Of a DNA stretch of 64,000 nucleotides, positions 39,876-50,264 are shown in pieces. The position numbers were made by a program, and so were the translations under genes. Position 1 is the first letter of the stretch. Each line of letters begins with the position of its first letter. The DNA is taken from assembly GCA_041650755.1 (NCBI GenBank), contig JBAZKN010000004.1:4624-68623 (forward strand). The letters are read 5' to 3'. The notes beneath the pieces were generated by a model, which saw only the letters and a list, made by a program, of their open reading frames with translations, was not told the DNA's origin and ran no database searches. The DNA comes from Patescibacteria group bacterium. GTDB lineage: Bacteria > Patescibacteriota > Patescibacteriia > UBA1558 > GWA2-36-10.

Positions 39876-41169
39876 ACTTATTAAATTGCCGAGAAAAATT
39901 TATAATAGCAAAAAATAAAATACATAAGCCCACCCAAGAAGTCCAAAGATAGTGATCAAATAATCCTAAAGCTAAAACACTGATCAATAAACTAAAGCCA
40001 AAAAAATCCGGCTTGATTTTTTTTCTAAAAAATCTCCAAAGCAAAAATACCAAGCTCAAAAAACCAATTAAGCCGATTTCCCCCAGAGCCAGCAGATAAA
40101 TATTATGAATCGGCTGAAAGTCATAAGACATTTTATGCTTTTGCTCTGACTTTGCCCAGGCCACAAAAGTATTGGTGCCCAAACCTTGACCCAAGATCAC
40201 TTCTTTGGGGTTGCGCCAATTGATCTGTTGCCAGGAGCTGATCCTTTGACTGGTAGAAATATCTTCTAAGCGCCCCCTGGACTCGATCCGATTCAGCCAG
40301 GCATTGGGTAAAAAATAATTTATCAACAAAATAGATAAAATCAACAGTACAAAATATTTGATAATGATTTGCCGCCACAAGTTTAGCTTGTTTTTTAGAC
40401 TAAAAATAAAAATCAACAATATAAATACTAGCAAAGCTAGTAAAGCGCCACGAGAAAAGGTCAAAGCTAGCCCGGCAGTTTGCAGAACTAAGGCAATAAT
40501 AACAATGATTAGATGCCACCAGCTTTTTTTCATGAACTCCCTTGACCACTGACTGTTTTCGCCAGCCTGATAAATCTTTTGCCACCAATAAACGCTGGCA
40601 ACAATGCTGACTAGCAAAAATCCGCCCAAAACATTGGGATGAGTAAGCGCTCCATAAGCTCTTAGCCACCTTTGATCGCCAACCTGCACTACTGACGCGC
40701 CCGGATCTTTGGCTAGATGCTCGGCTAATCCCAGCCACTTATCAGCGGATATCTTTTGGCTAAAAAATTGCCCGATAGCCAGGACAGCTTGTCCTGTGCC
40801 GCTAATAAGCCAAGCTAAAGACAAAAAATCCCAGCTAAATTTTTTACTAAGCAGGGCAAAAAGCAAAGCCAGAATCACCAAGCCTAGATAATAAAAACTT
40901 ATTAACGGCCAGCTGGAAAAAATGGAAATCAAGACTAGGTAAAATAAAAAAATATACAACCATTTGTTTTTTGACCAAGCCAATCTTGGTTTTTGACTAA
41001 AAAAATTCACGACTAAGGCAGCTAATAAAATTATCATGCTGCCATAAAAGCTCAAACGGCCATACTCCCAAACCTGACCGCCTAAACTGGCATCAAAAAA
41101 TATCCATCTGGTCTGCCAGGGCAGCGAAACAATAAAAAGAAAAATAAAAATTTTAGCTAATCTATGCAT
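39874..41169 (-). CDS. O-antigen ligase family membrane protein
   Basis: RAYGALTHPNVLGG, TFSRGA, PIHNIYL, LFDHY. Confidence 0.85.
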   Translation of the reverse strand: MHRLAKIFIFLFIVSLPWQTRWIFFDASLGGQVWEYGRLSFYGSMIILLAALVVNFFSQKPRLAWSKNKWLYIFLFYLVLISIFSSWPLISFYYLGLVILALLFALLSKKFSWDFLSLAWLISGTGQAVLAIGQFFSQKISADKWLGLAEHLAKDPGASVVQVGDQRWLRAYGALTHPNVLGGFLLVSIVASVYWWQKIYQAGENSQWSREFMKKSWWHLIIVIIALVLQTAGLALTFSRGALLALLVFILLIFIFSLKNKLNLWRQIIIKYFVLLILSILLINYFLPNAWLNRIESRGRLEDISTSQRISSWQQINWRNPKEVILGQGLGTNTFVAWAKSEQKHKMSYDFQPIHNIYLLALGEIGLIGFLSLVFLLWRFFRKKIKPDFFGFSLLISVLALGLFDHYLWTSWVGLCILFFAIINFSRQFNK

Positions 41170-41177
41170 GGTTTTTT

Positions 41178-42119
41178 TTAAGCAAATAATTGTTTGACTC
41201 TGTCGCGCCACTGATGATAAAAAAAATCTCGCCTATCATTGGCATGAAATTTGAGCATATGTTCGTTGACTATCACCCTGGTATCGACATTGACGATCTG
41301 TTGCAGATTGCGGCCGATAATCGAGGATTGAAATTTACGCTGCAGACCATAAAGGCCGCGGGATAGAAATGGCGGATCAAAAATAAAACCCAAAATTTTG
41401 GACGCTAACCTAGAGCTACGAGTCGCTTTTACCTCATAAACAAATTTGTTGGCATAAGAATTCGGCAAATACTCTTTATACCACTGATTGGCTGCCAAAA
41501 ATTTTGGATAAATATTTTCAGGGTCAAATACCGGCAAAACCTGCTGCACCCAATAGGCTGAATAAATATCGTGCTGGCCAAGTAGGATGGATTGTATATT
41601 GAGATAATCCTCGTCAATAAAAAAACTAAAACAAAAAGTATCTTTCCGCTTTTTATCGGTCTGGCGCAGGCCCAGCAACTGAACAAGCAAAACCGCCCAA
41701 AATCTGGCTAGCCAAATTTTATCCTTACTGGTCACCACAAAAAGATCAATGTCACTATCATTGCGGGCATTGCTATAGGCCAGAGAATTACAGACGGCTA
41801 TCAGCTTGATAAACGGCAGGTAGCGATAAAATTTTACCAACCTCACCACTTTGGCAAACTTTCTTTCCGCCCAATTATTATTTTGCTTGCGCAACAAAAA
41901 AATATTCTCTCTGCCTTTGAGACAATAAAATCCTTCAGTCGCGGATATTTTTTCTTGAAGCCACTGGCCGCTGGATAAACACTCCCTTACTTTGGCTAAA
42001 GTAACCGGGCTGTGCGGCCGATAAAGCCACTTCCAGACTTCTGTGGCCGTCAGCGGATAATCAAAAATATCAAAATAGGCCAAAGTTTTGCTGATGGATT
42101 TTTCCAAGTCAGAAGGCAT
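41178..42119 (-). CDS. Nucleotidyltransferase-domain protein
   Basis: CNSLAY...SDIDLF motif; ATG 6 nt after TAATAT. Confidence 0.7.
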   Translation of the reverse strand: MPSDLEKSISKTLAYFDIFDYPLTATEVWKWLYRPHSPVTLAKVRECLSSGQWLQEKISATEGFYCLKGRENIFLLRKQNNNWAERKFAKVVRLVKFYRYLPFIKLIAVCNSLAYSNARNDSDIDLFVVTSKDKIWLARFWAVLLVQLLGLRQTDKKRKDTFCFSFFIDEDYLNIQSILLGQHDIYSAYWVQQVLPVFDPENIYPKFLAANQWYKEYLPNSYANKFVYEVKATRSSRLASKILGFIFDPPFLSRGLYGLQRKFQSSIIGRNLQQIVNVDTRVIVNEHMLKFHANDRRDFFYHQWRDRVKQLFA

Positions 42120-42152
42120 GCCTTTATATTACTGCCAAAAATAAAATTTTAC

Positions 42153-42184
42153 AAATAAAAAACTCAAGGGGCTACCCCCTTGAG
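42153..42184 (-). terminator. Terminator of cassette D
   Basis: CTCAAGGGG-GTAG-CCCCTTGAG-TTTTTT. Confidence 0.85.
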
Positions 42185-42206
42185 AAGCGCAGTTTCCTGG
42201 GCAAGT

Positions 42207-42479
42207 CTACCTGGCCGTATATAGGCCAAAAAGCAGCACAACGGCTCCAATATATAGTAATGGGTTACGGAGTATTGTTCTCTGATCCCAGTCCCCGAAT
42301 ACAGTGACCACAAAACCAGCGAACAATATGATATAGATTGCCAGATGGGCGCAGCCGCGCGAAAGCCAGGTAATATGGCCGAAGCCCAGACAATATATGG
42401 CCAAAGCCGTCAGCAAATAAGTGATCACCAACGTGCGTTTGGTGAAAAGGTGCCCCACACCATCGTATTTACGCCACAT
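42207..42479 (-). CDS. Orphan 3-TM protein (cassette D)
   Basis: SD GGGAGGG at 42486-42492; promoter TTGACT(42556-42561)-N17-TACACT. Confidence 0.7.
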   Translation of the reverse strand: MWRKYDGVGHLFTKRTLVITYLLTALAIYCLGFGHITWLSRGCAHLAIYIILFAGFVVTVFGDWDQRTILRNPLLYIGAVVLLFGLYTAR

Positions 42480-42568
42480 AACTAGCCCTCCCTGTGCCTG
42501 AAACTACTTATCAAAAGACCATGAACAAGCACAGTGTATTAAAAATCAAAAAAATAGTCAATTCAGAC

Positions 42569-42749
42569 AAAAAGAAAAACTCGGCTGCCGAAGCAGACCG
42601 AGCCGGGCGAGTCGCGAACACGGCGGTGACAGAAACAGACGGGGGGGGGGATGGAAGCGAACGCGCTCAAGTGTGAGGTGGATCTCACGATCGTGGTGCA
42701 GATGTAACACCATACGTCGGAGATCAACCTCCGGAGAAGAACTGGTGAT
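42569..42749 (-). ncRNA. Candidate ~180-nt structured small RNA (cassette E)
   Basis: Promoter TTGACG-N16-TATACT with TG; four short hairpins; C10 tract; terminator with cUUCGg loop. Confidence 0.5.
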
Positions 42750-42798
42750 ATTTGTAGTATATCATTTACAAATTATCCGTCAAGCAAAACCTGTGGAT

Positions 42799-42822
42799 AA
42801 AAAAAGGCGGCCAAAAGCCGCC
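42799..42822 (-). terminator. Terminator of cassette F
   Basis: GGCGGC-TTTTG-GCCGCC-TTTTTTT. Confidence 0.8.
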
Positions 42823-42853
42823 AAGCAGGGCAAGGAAAGCCGCCGGGCCAGTC

Positions 42854-42937
42854 CTAGACAACAGGGGCTGAGGTAAACAACCCCATACCAACCAGGATGC
42901 CCAGGACAGCGATCAGAAAAAGCAAACGCTTGATCAT
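42854..42937 (-). CDS. 27-aa hydrophobic peptide (cassette F; not in ORF track)
   Basis: MIKRLLFLIAVLGILVGMGLFTSAPVV*; AGGGGG upstream. Confidence 0.7.
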   Translation of the reverse strand: MIKRLLFLIAVLGILVGMGLFTSAPVV

Positions 42938-42960
42938 GCTGGACCCCCTAAAGACAAGGG

Positions 42961-43047
42961 TCAGTTGATGGCCGCAAGGCTGGCCAGCCCCATGCCAACC
43001 AACACCGCCAGCATCAGAATCAGAAACATGACCCTCTTAATATTCAT
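42961..43047 (-). CDS. 28-aa hydrophobic peptide (cassette F; not in ORF track)
   Basis: MNIKRVMFLILMLAVLVGMGLASLAAIN*; SD GGAGGAGG; promoter TTGACA(43127-43132)-N17-GATAAT. Confidence 0.72.
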   Translation of the reverse strand: MNIKRVMFLILMLAVLVGMGLASLAAIN

Positions 43048-43171
43048 ACTGGCTAGCCTCCTCCAACGCTGATTGCCCACAGAAACAACGCAAGTACGCA
43101 CTAATTATCTGCTAAAGTATTTATCCTGTCAAATAAACGCATACTTAGATGCGCCGCCTGCGGCGCAAATC

Positions 43172-46024
43172 TTATTTTTCTCTAGCAAACATCTTCGCTA
43201 GATATTGGCCGGTAAAACTGCGCTTGATTTTAGCCACCTGCCTGGGCGTGCCTTCAGCCACCAGATAGCCTCCCTTGTCCCCGCCTTCTGGACCCAAATC
43301 TATAATCCAATCCGAACTCTTGATGACATCCAGGTTGTGCTCTATTACTAGGACGGTATTACCCTTATCTACCAGGCGATGCAAAACCTCCAGCAGTCTT
43401 TTGACATCATCAAAATGCAAGCCAGTAGTCGGCTCATCTAATATGTATAGTGTCTTACCCGAAGAACGACGAGATAATTCGGTTGCTAGCTTGATGCGCT
43501 GCGCTTCGCCACCAGATAGAGTGGTGGCTGACTGACCAAGCTGGATATAGCCCAAGCCGACATCATATAAAGTTTTTAACTTGTTGTGAATATTGGGGAT
43601 GTTAGCAAAAAAATGCATAGCCTCCTCGACCGTCATCTGCAGAACTTCAGCGATATTTTTCCCCTTATAGTGAATTTCCAGCGCCTCATCATTGTAGCGC
43701 TGGCCATGACATTCTTTACACTCCACATAGACATTGGGTAAAAAATTCATCTCAATCTTTATCACGCCATCGCCCTGGCAAGCTTCACAACGACCGCCTT
43801 TGACATTAAAAGAAAATCTGCCTGCTTGATAGCCGCGAATTTTCGCCTCTGGCACAGCCGCAAACATGTCTCTAATATAAGTAAAGACGCCAGTATAGGT
43901 AGCTGGATTGGAACGCGGCGTGCGGCCGATTGGCGATTGATCGATATCAATCACCTTATCAATATATTCTAAGCCTTTGATTAATTTATGCTTGCCGGGA
44001 TTATCTTTGGAACGATAAAAATGTTTGGTTAGGGCTTTAGCCAAAATCTCGGTCATCAAAGTTGATTTGCCAGAGCCAGAAACACCGGTGATGCTGATAA
44101 ATTTACCCAGTGGGAAATGCACATCAATATCTTTGAGGTTGAATTCGGCTGCACCCAAGACCGACAGAGTTTTGCCATTGCCCGAACGATACTTTTTTGG
44201 TGCCAGTATGTGTTTTGCACCGGACAAATATTGACCGGTCAGGGATTTTTTTACTTTCTTGATGGCCAGAGGAGTGCCTTCGGCTACTACTTCACCGCCA
44301 TGCTTACCGGCGCCCGGGCCAATATCAATCACATGATCGGCCGAAAGTATAGTCTCTTCATCGTGCTCGACCACGATCACTGTATTGCCCAGGTCGCGCA
44401 AATCTTTGAGCGTTTTGATCAGGCGATCATTATCGCGTTGATGTAAGCCGATAGATGGCTCATCCAAAATATACAGGACTCCGGTCAGAGCCGAGCCTAT
44501 TTGGGTAGCCAGTCTGATGCGTTGAGCTTCGCCACCAGATAGGGTACTGGCGTTACGATCAAGCGTCAGATAATCAAGACCGACATTACGCATAAAATTC
44601 AAGCGCTCTTTAATTTCTTTGATAATCTGTTTGGCAATAATCAGCTCTCTATCTGACAAGACTTTGGTCAAATTGTTAAAGAAATCTTGCAGTTCAGTGA
44701 TGTTGCGGGCTGATACTTCGGCGATATTCTGATTGTTGACTTTGATGCTCAAAATTTCCGGCTTCAGTCTTTTGCCTTGGCAAGCTTCACAAGGGTCGAT
44801 GCGCATATAACGCTCAATTTCACCGCGAATATAATCAGAATCAGTTTCTTTGTAGCGACGCTCGAGATTTGGAATCACTCCTTCAAAGGTCGGGCTATAA
44901 TTTCCGGAAAATCTATCCGTAGCAAAATTAAGATTATAGCGAATATCACCCGTGCCGTGCAAAATAATATCTAAATGTTTTTTGCTTAATTTATTGATTG
45001 GCGTACGGGTAGAAAAACCATGCTCTTTAGCGACTGCCTCCAAAATAGCGCTATACCAGCCCTGATTGGCGGCTGTTCTGGACCAGGGGCGGATGGCACC
45101 CTCCGCCAGAGATAATCTTTGGTTTGGTATGACCAGCTCCGGATCGACTGTCAGCTTGGTGCCCAGGCCGGTGCAGACTGGACAAGCGCCATGTGGACTA
45201 TTGAAAGAAAAATTGCGCGCTTCAATCTCCGGAAAACTAATCTCGCTATGATTAGGGCAGGTAAAATGCTCACTAAAATTCTGATCAGTATTATTCTTTG
45301 GCAAGTTAATGGTAATATATCCATTGCCCAAATCCAGAGCAGTCTCCAGTGACTGAGCCAAACGCGACTTGGTCTCCTTGCTTCCGTCACGGCGCAAACG
45401 ATCAACCACCACCTCGATGGTATGTTTTTTATATTTATCTAAATCCAGACCCTCGGCATCTTCTAGCGACATCATGTCGCCATCCAAACGCAAACGTCGG
45501 TAGCCGGCAATTTTGATGCGCTCCAAAATATTGCGATGCTCGCCTTTTTTGTCGCGAATCATGGGTGCCAAAAGCATAAACTCGGTTTCTTGGGGCAACT
45601 GCCAAATTTTATCAACAATCTGAGTCTTGGTCTGCTGCTCTACCGGCAAGCCGCATTTATAACAATAAGGCACGCCGATTTTGGCAAATAGTAAACGCAA
45701 GTAATCATAAATTTCCGTGACAGTGCCGACTGTCGAGCGTGGATTTCTAGAGCTGGAGCGCTGATCAATGGAAATTGCCGGCGACAAGCCATCAATACTC
45801 TCTACGTCCGGCTTATCCATCAAACCCAAAAACTGCCGTGCATAAGATGAGAGCGATTCCACATAGCGTCTTTGCCCTTCAGCATAAATAGTATCAAATG
45901 CTAGAGAAGATTTGCCTGATCCAGACAGGCCGGTAATCACTACCAATTTATCGCGCGGTATCTTCACACTTAAGTTTTTCAAGTTGTGGACGTTGGCGCC
46001 TTTGATAGTGATATATTTGGGCAT
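43172..46024 (-). CDS. uvrA: Excinuclease ABC subunit A
   Basis: Two ABC cassettes ([24 protein letters not shown]) and zinc fingers. Confidence 0.99.
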   Translation of the reverse strand: MPKYITIKGANVHNLKNLSVKIPRDKLVVITGLSGSGKSSLAFDTIYAEGQRRYVESLSSYARQFLGLMDKPDVESIDGLSPAISIDQRSSSRNPRSTVGTVTEIYDYLRLLFAKIGVPYCYKCGLPVEQQTKTQIVDKIWQLPQETEFMLLAPMIRDKKGEHRNILERIKIAGYRRLRLDGDMMSLEDAEGLDLDKYKKHTIEVVVDRLRRDGSKETKSRLAQSLETALDLGNGYITINLPKNNTDQNFSEHFTCPNHSEISFPEIEARNFSFNSPHGACPVCTGLGTKLTVDPELVIPNQRLSLAEGAIRPWSRTAANQGWYSAILEAVAKEHGFSTRTPINKLSKKHLDIILHGTGDIRYNLNFATDRFSGNYSPTFEGVIPNLERRYKETDSDYIRGEIERYMRIDPCEACQGKRLKPEILSIKVNNQNIAEVSARNITELQDFFNNLTKVLSDRELIIAKQIIKEIKERLNFMRNVGLDYLTLDRNASTLSGGEAQRIRLATQIGSALTGVLYILDEPSIGLHQRDNDRLIKTLKDLRDLGNTVIVVEHDEETILSADHVIDIGPGAGKHGGEVVAEGTPLAIKKVKKSLTGQYLSGAKHILAPKKYRSGNGKTLSVLGAAEFNLKDIDVHFPLGKFISITGVSGSGKSTLMTEILAKALTKHFYRSKDNPGKHKLIKGLEYIDKVIDIDQSPIGRTPRSNPATYTGVFTYIRDMFAAVPEAKIRGYQAGRFSFNVKGGRCEACQGDGVIKIEMNFLPNVYVECKECHGQRYNDEALEIHYKGKNIAEVLQMTVEEAMHFFANIPNIHNKLKTLYDVGLGYIQLGQSATTLSGGEAQRIKLATELSRRSSGKTLYILDEPTTGLHFDDVKRLLEVLHRLVDKGNTVLVIEHNLDVIKSSDWIIDLGPEGGDKGGYLVAEGTPRQVAKIKRSFTGQYLAKMFAREK

Positions 46025-46101
46025 GTATTTGTTTTAGAAAATAATTCTAAAAAAGGATAACACAAAAAAACCCGACCGTCAAGAGCTAAGGCAAACTAGG
46101 C

Positions 46102-46137
46102 AAAAATAAAAACCCGAGCCGCTTAAGACAGCTCGGG
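46102..46137 (-). terminator. Terminator of cassette G
   Basis: CCCGAGCTG-TCTTAAG-CGGCTCGGG-TTTTTATTTT. Confidence 0.8.
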
Positions 46138-46158
46138 CCTGTTTCCTGCCCTGCCGCG

Positions 46159-46350
46159 CTAGACGCCGGGCAGATGCTGATCAGGGCCACCCGACGAACC
46201 GATATCTGGGAAAATCGGTCCAGGTCGGCGGGAACGAGGCAGTACTTCTGGAGGCGGTTGCCCATCGCTGATTGGAGTAGTAGAACCCGAACAGTCCGGC
46301 TCAATACCGGGGTCTGAGCCAGAACCAGTTGAAAAGCATTTATCTTCCAT
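46159..46350 (-). CDS. 63-aa Pro/Gly/Ser-rich orphan (cassette G)
   Basis: SD AAGGAG at 46358-46363; promoter TTGCTT-N17-TAAGCT (46406-46434). Confidence 0.55.
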   Translation of the reverse strand: MEDKCFSTGSGSDPGIEPDCSGSTTPISDGQPPPEVLPRSRRPGPIFPDIGSSGGPDQHLPGV

Positions 46351-46472
46351 ATGGCCTCTCCTTGCAGTGCTGGAACGAAACGCTACGAACACAAAACCAC
46401 TATAAAGCTTATATTAAAAAACATAAAAAAGCAAAATTGCTTTAAATCATAAATTTCTGCTATATTTACCGC

Positions 46473-48041
46473 ATGCTAATTAATACCAAAAAAATCCCAA
46501 ATTCTCCGGGCATATATTACTTTTTAAATAAGGCCAATGAGATTATTTATATCGGCAAAGCCAAAAATCTGCGTAGCCGAATTGCTTCCTATTGGCAAAA
46601 AACAACTGAACTGACTGAATACAAACAACAAATGTTGGCAAAAATTGCCCACATTAGATATACCCTGGTAGACAATGAAACCGAGAGCCTGCTACTTGAG
46701 GCCAGCCAAATAAAAAAATATCAACCAAAATATAATATAGTCCTCAAAGATGATAAAAATTGGGGTTATATAGTGGTGACCAATGAAATATTCCCGCGCA
46801 TCATTATCACCCATGGACGGCAAAAAAGACGCGGGCAATATTTCGGCCCCTACACCTCTACTCTGTCAGCTAGAACCATGGTCCGGCTACTGCATCGACT
46901 ATTTTCTCTGTATACCAAAAATAGCGATTTGGTCAAAAAAAATGGGCAAGTATTTTTAAAAGAAAAATTTGGCGGCTTGGATACCAATCAACAATTGATC
47001 AGCCAAACTGAATATCAGAAAACTATTTTAACAGCCAAAAAAATCATCAGCGGCCAAACCAAAGAATTGTCAGCTGCTCTGCGCTCCCAAATACTGGCTG
47101 TCAGCGCCAAACAAAACTATGAATTGGCGCAAATAAAAAAACAGCAGCTCGAGGCTCTGGAAAAAATAGGGCAAAAACAAAAAGTAATTAGCTCGCCGCG
47201 CCTCAACCAAGATGTCCTAGCCCTAGCCCAAACACCGGAACAGGCAGTCATCACGGCCATGCAAATCCGCCGGGGTATTCTGGGTGATAAGCTGAATTTT
47301 TTTATAAAAAATCCCCTGCACTTATCAAGCGAGGAGATTTTGACTGATTTTATCAATCAGTTTTATAGCCAGCGGATAGACATACCCGCTAAAATCATAT
47401 TGCCAGCTAGTATCAGCAGAAAAAATATTATCTTGGCAAAAAAAATAAAACTCTTGGTGCCAAATGGTGGAAAAAATCTAGCCCTCTTAAAACTAGTGCA
47501 AAAAAACGCCCAAGATTATCTAGCAAAAAATATCGGACGCGGGGCCGAACAAAAGCTTCTGGAATTGCAAAAACTCTTGTCAACTAGTCATTACCCGCAA
47601 CGGATCGAAATTTATGATATCTCCAATATTCAAGGGAGTTTTGCTGTCGGCGCTATGGTGGTCTTCACTGCCGGGCAAATAGATGCCGCGCAATATAGAT
47701 TGTTTAAGATAAAAAATACTGCTGGGCCCGATGACCCGCACATGCTGGCCGAAGTTTTATTACGCCGCAGCCGGCACCATGAGTGGCCGGAGCCAGACTT
47801 AATCATCTTGGACGGCGGCAAACCGCAACTGAATACTGTGCTGCAGATATTGCCTCTGACTTGGAAAAATCGGACAATATCCTTAGCCAAAAAGCAAGAG
47901 GAAATATTTTTGCCTGGCAAAAAGTCCCCCCTGACTCTATCCAGCCGCGATCCGCTATCTTTATTCATCCAAAACATGCGCAATCAAGCGCATAAGTTTG
48001 CCATCAAAAATTATCGTAAATTGCACCGAAAAGCCATTTAA
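46473..48041 (+). CDS. uvrC: Excinuclease ABC subunit C (shortened)
   Basis: N-terminal GIY-YIG (PGIYYF..IYIGKAKNLR); RIEIYDIS and ILDGGKPQL. Confidence 0.93.
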   Translation: MLINTKKIPNSPGIYYFLNKANEIIYIGKAKNLRSRIASYWQKTTELTEYKQQMLAKIAHIRYTLVDNETESLLLEASQIKKYQPKYNIVLKDDKNWGYIVVTNEIFPRIIITHGRQKRRGQYFGPYTSTLSARTMVRLLHRLFSLYTKNSDLVKKNGQVFLKEKFGGLDTNQQLISQTEYQKTILTAKKIISGQTKELSAALRSQILAVSAKQNYELAQIKKQQLEALEKIGQKQKVISSPRLNQDVLALAQTPEQAVITAMQIRRGILGDKLNFFIKNPLHLSSEEILTDFINQFYSQRIDIPAKIILPASISRKNIILAKKIKLLVPNGGKNLALLKLVQKNAQDYLAKNIGRGAEQKLLELQKLLSTSHYPQRIEIYDISNIQGSFAVGAMVVFTAGQIDAAQYRLFKIKNTAGPDDPHMLAEVLLRRSRHHEWPEPDLIILDGGKPQLNTVLQILPLTWKNRTISLAKKQEEIFLPGKKSPLTLSSRDPLSLFIQNMRNQAHKFAIKNYRKLHRKAI

Positions 48042-48111
48042 ACATTGACTACCTATATTGACAAAAATAAATTTTTGTGATACCATACAAAGGAATTGTT
48101 TAACTTCAACA

Positions 48112-48330
48112 ATGAAAAACATCCTGTATATAGCACAAATCATTCTTTCCATTCTTTTGATTGTGACGATTTTATTGCAACAAAAAGGTTCGAGTTTGGG
48201 TATGACTTTTGGCGGCGACAGCGCTGTCTATCGCACCAAGCGCGGGGCTGAAAAATTTATCTTCCGCCTAACTATAGTTTTGGTCGTTTTATTTTTAGCC
48301 ACGGCGGCTGCTAGCATGTTTGTCAGCTAG
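48112..48330 (+). CDS. secG: Preprotein translocase subunit SecG
   Basis: ILLQQKGSSLG..FGG, RGAEK; 2 TM. Confidence 0.9.
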   Translation: MKNILYIAQIILSILLIVTILLQQKGSSLGMTFGGDSAVYRTKRGAEKFIFRLTIVLVVLFLATAAASMFVS

Positions 48331-48429
48331 TCTGCTAAATTAATATTTAAGCTGAAAAATATAAAACGCTTTCTCGCACAACTTAAGTCCGCTTGGTTTT
48401 CTATTCGACAAAAATGGCAAGGCCTAATT

Positions 48430-50244
48430 TTGCCAATTATTCAAAATATCAAAAAAAGGTTGAAAAGCGAAGAAACGCCTGATGTCAATCAGCAATTACT
48501 CTTTAAGCTCAATCAACGCAAACTGCCCAGCTGGACACAGGTCACCCAACTGCCCAAAGTCTTGAATACCTTGGAAAAGTTACAATTCAGTCTAGCTCTA
48601 CTTATATTAATAGCGTCCCTAAGCTGGCTGGGGGTACGCTGGTACACCAATCACTCAACTTCCCAAGCAGCTACCGGCGGTAACTATACCGAAGGCTTGG
48701 TTGGCGCTCCCGATCTCATCAACCCGATTTTGGCTACCACTGATGTCGACCGCGACTTAGTCAAGCTCACCTATGCTGGTCTGATGAAATTTGATGAGCA
48801 GGGGCAAATAATGCCTGATTTGGCCAGCAGCTACACCATAGATGCCAGTCAAAAAGTCTATACTTTTGAATTAAAAAATAATTTAGAATGGCAGGATGGC
48901 GAAAATCTTACCGCCGCAGACGTGATTTTCACTATTAATAATATAAAAAATCCTGAATACAAAAGCCCCTATCGGGCAAGTTTTGCCAATGTGACTGTCA
49001 ACCAGATTAATGACAATACTGTCCAATTTACTCTGGACAAACCCATGCCCACCTTTCTTTCCTTACTCACTATCGGCTTATTGCCAGAACATTTGTGGTA
49101 TAGCATACCGGCTATCGGCGCTACTTTGACCGATCTAAACCTCAAACCAATTGGCGCCGGTCCTTACAAATTCAAATCTTTGACTCGCGATGCTAGTGGT
49201 AATATCAAAAGCTACACTTTGGTAGCCTGGAACAAATATCACGCTGGTCCAGCCTATATTTCTAATTTAATTTTTAAATTTTATCCGGATTTCGAAACAG
49301 CTGTCACTGCTCTACAAAATAAAAATGTCGAGGGGCTGATCTATCTGCCCAAAGAATATAAAAACCAGATCAAAAATAATAATCTGACTTTGCACGAATT
49401 GCGCTTCCCCCAATACACCGCCATCTTCTTTAACCCGGACAATAATTCGCTATTGGCTCAGAGTGACTTCCGTCGCGCCCTAGCTTTGGCAGTAGATAAA
49501 CAGCGCATATTAAATGAAGTCTTACATGGTGACGGCCAAATTATTGACACACCCGTTTTACCCGGTATGCTGGGCTATGATTCCAGTATAAAAGCTGAAA
49601 GCTATTCACCAGAAAAAGCCAAACAACTACTAGATAAATTAGGCTGGCAAGTCAATACTGAAACCGCTTTTCGGACCAAAACTGGAGCCAAAGTAAAAGA
49701 AGGTGAAAAACCAGAAGAATTGTCGATTAAGCTGACTACTATTGACCAAAGTGATAATAGCAGAATAGTTTCTATCATCAGGGAAAATTGGCAGGCGGTC
49801 GGCATCAAAACTGAGCTAGAGATCATCCCTCGTGATCGCATCAAAAAAGAAATAATCGAACCACGCAATTATCAGGCATTGGTTTTTGGCGAAGTTTTAA
49901 ATCAGGCCTCTGGTCCATACCCATTTTGGCACTCTAGCCAAACCAAAAATCCCGGACTAAACTTGAGTAACTTTAGCAACCCCAGCATAGACAAGGACCT
50001 GGAGCTGATCCGCCAAGCCACTAGTGATGAAGCCAAGATTTCCCCTCTACAAGATTTTCAAAAAAAATTATCAGAACAAAATTTTGCTATTTTTCTATAC
50101 AACCCAACCTATACTTATCCGACAGCCAGCAAACTAAAAGGATTGGACTCTCTCCAATTTATAAATTTGTCGACTGATCGATTCAATAATATCAGCTCTT
50201 GGTACATAAAAACCAAACGAGCTCTAAATAAAAAAACCAACTAA
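48430..50244 (+). CDS. Peptide ABC transporter substrate-binding protein (family 5)
   Basis: PDLASSY, WQDGENLTAADVIFT, PIGAGPYKF; start uncertain. Confidence 0.88.
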   Translation: MPIIQNIKKRLKSEETPDVNQQLLFKLNQRKLPSWTQVTQLPKVLNTLEKLQFSLALLILIASLSWLGVRWYTNHSTSQAATGGNYTEGLVGAPDLINPILATTDVDRDLVKLTYAGLMKFDEQGQIMPDLASSYTIDASQKVYTFELKNNLEWQDGENLTAADVIFTINNIKNPEYKSPYRASFANVTVNQINDNTVQFTLDKPMPTFLSLLTIGLLPEHLWYSIPAIGATLTDLNLKPIGAGPYKFKSLTRDASGNIKSYTLVAWNKYHAGPAYISNLIFKFYPDFETAVTALQNKNVEGLIYLPKEYKNQIKNNNLTLHELRFPQYTAIFFNPDNNSLLAQSDFRRALALAVDKQRILNEVLHGDGQIIDTPVLPGMLGYDSSIKAESYSPEKAKQLLDKLGWQVNTETAFRTKTGAKVKEGEKPEELSIKLTTIDQSDNSRIVSIIRENWQAVGIKTELEIIPRDRIKKEIIEPRNYQALVFGEVLNQASGPYPFWHSSQTKNPGLNLSNFSNPSIDKDLELIRQATSDEAKISPLQDFQKKLSEQNFAIFLYNPTYTYPTASKLKGLDSLQFINLSTDRFNNISSWYIKTKRALNKKTN

Positions 50245-50264
50245 ACAACTTAATAAACACTATC

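Noticed and set aside
42792-42800. Perfect DnaA box TGTGGATAA
   Set aside because: Isolated box with no cluster or dnaA nearby; not evidence for oriC
42153-43132. Integron cassette array
   Set aside because: No repeated attC-like sites or integrase; each unit has its own promoter and terminator
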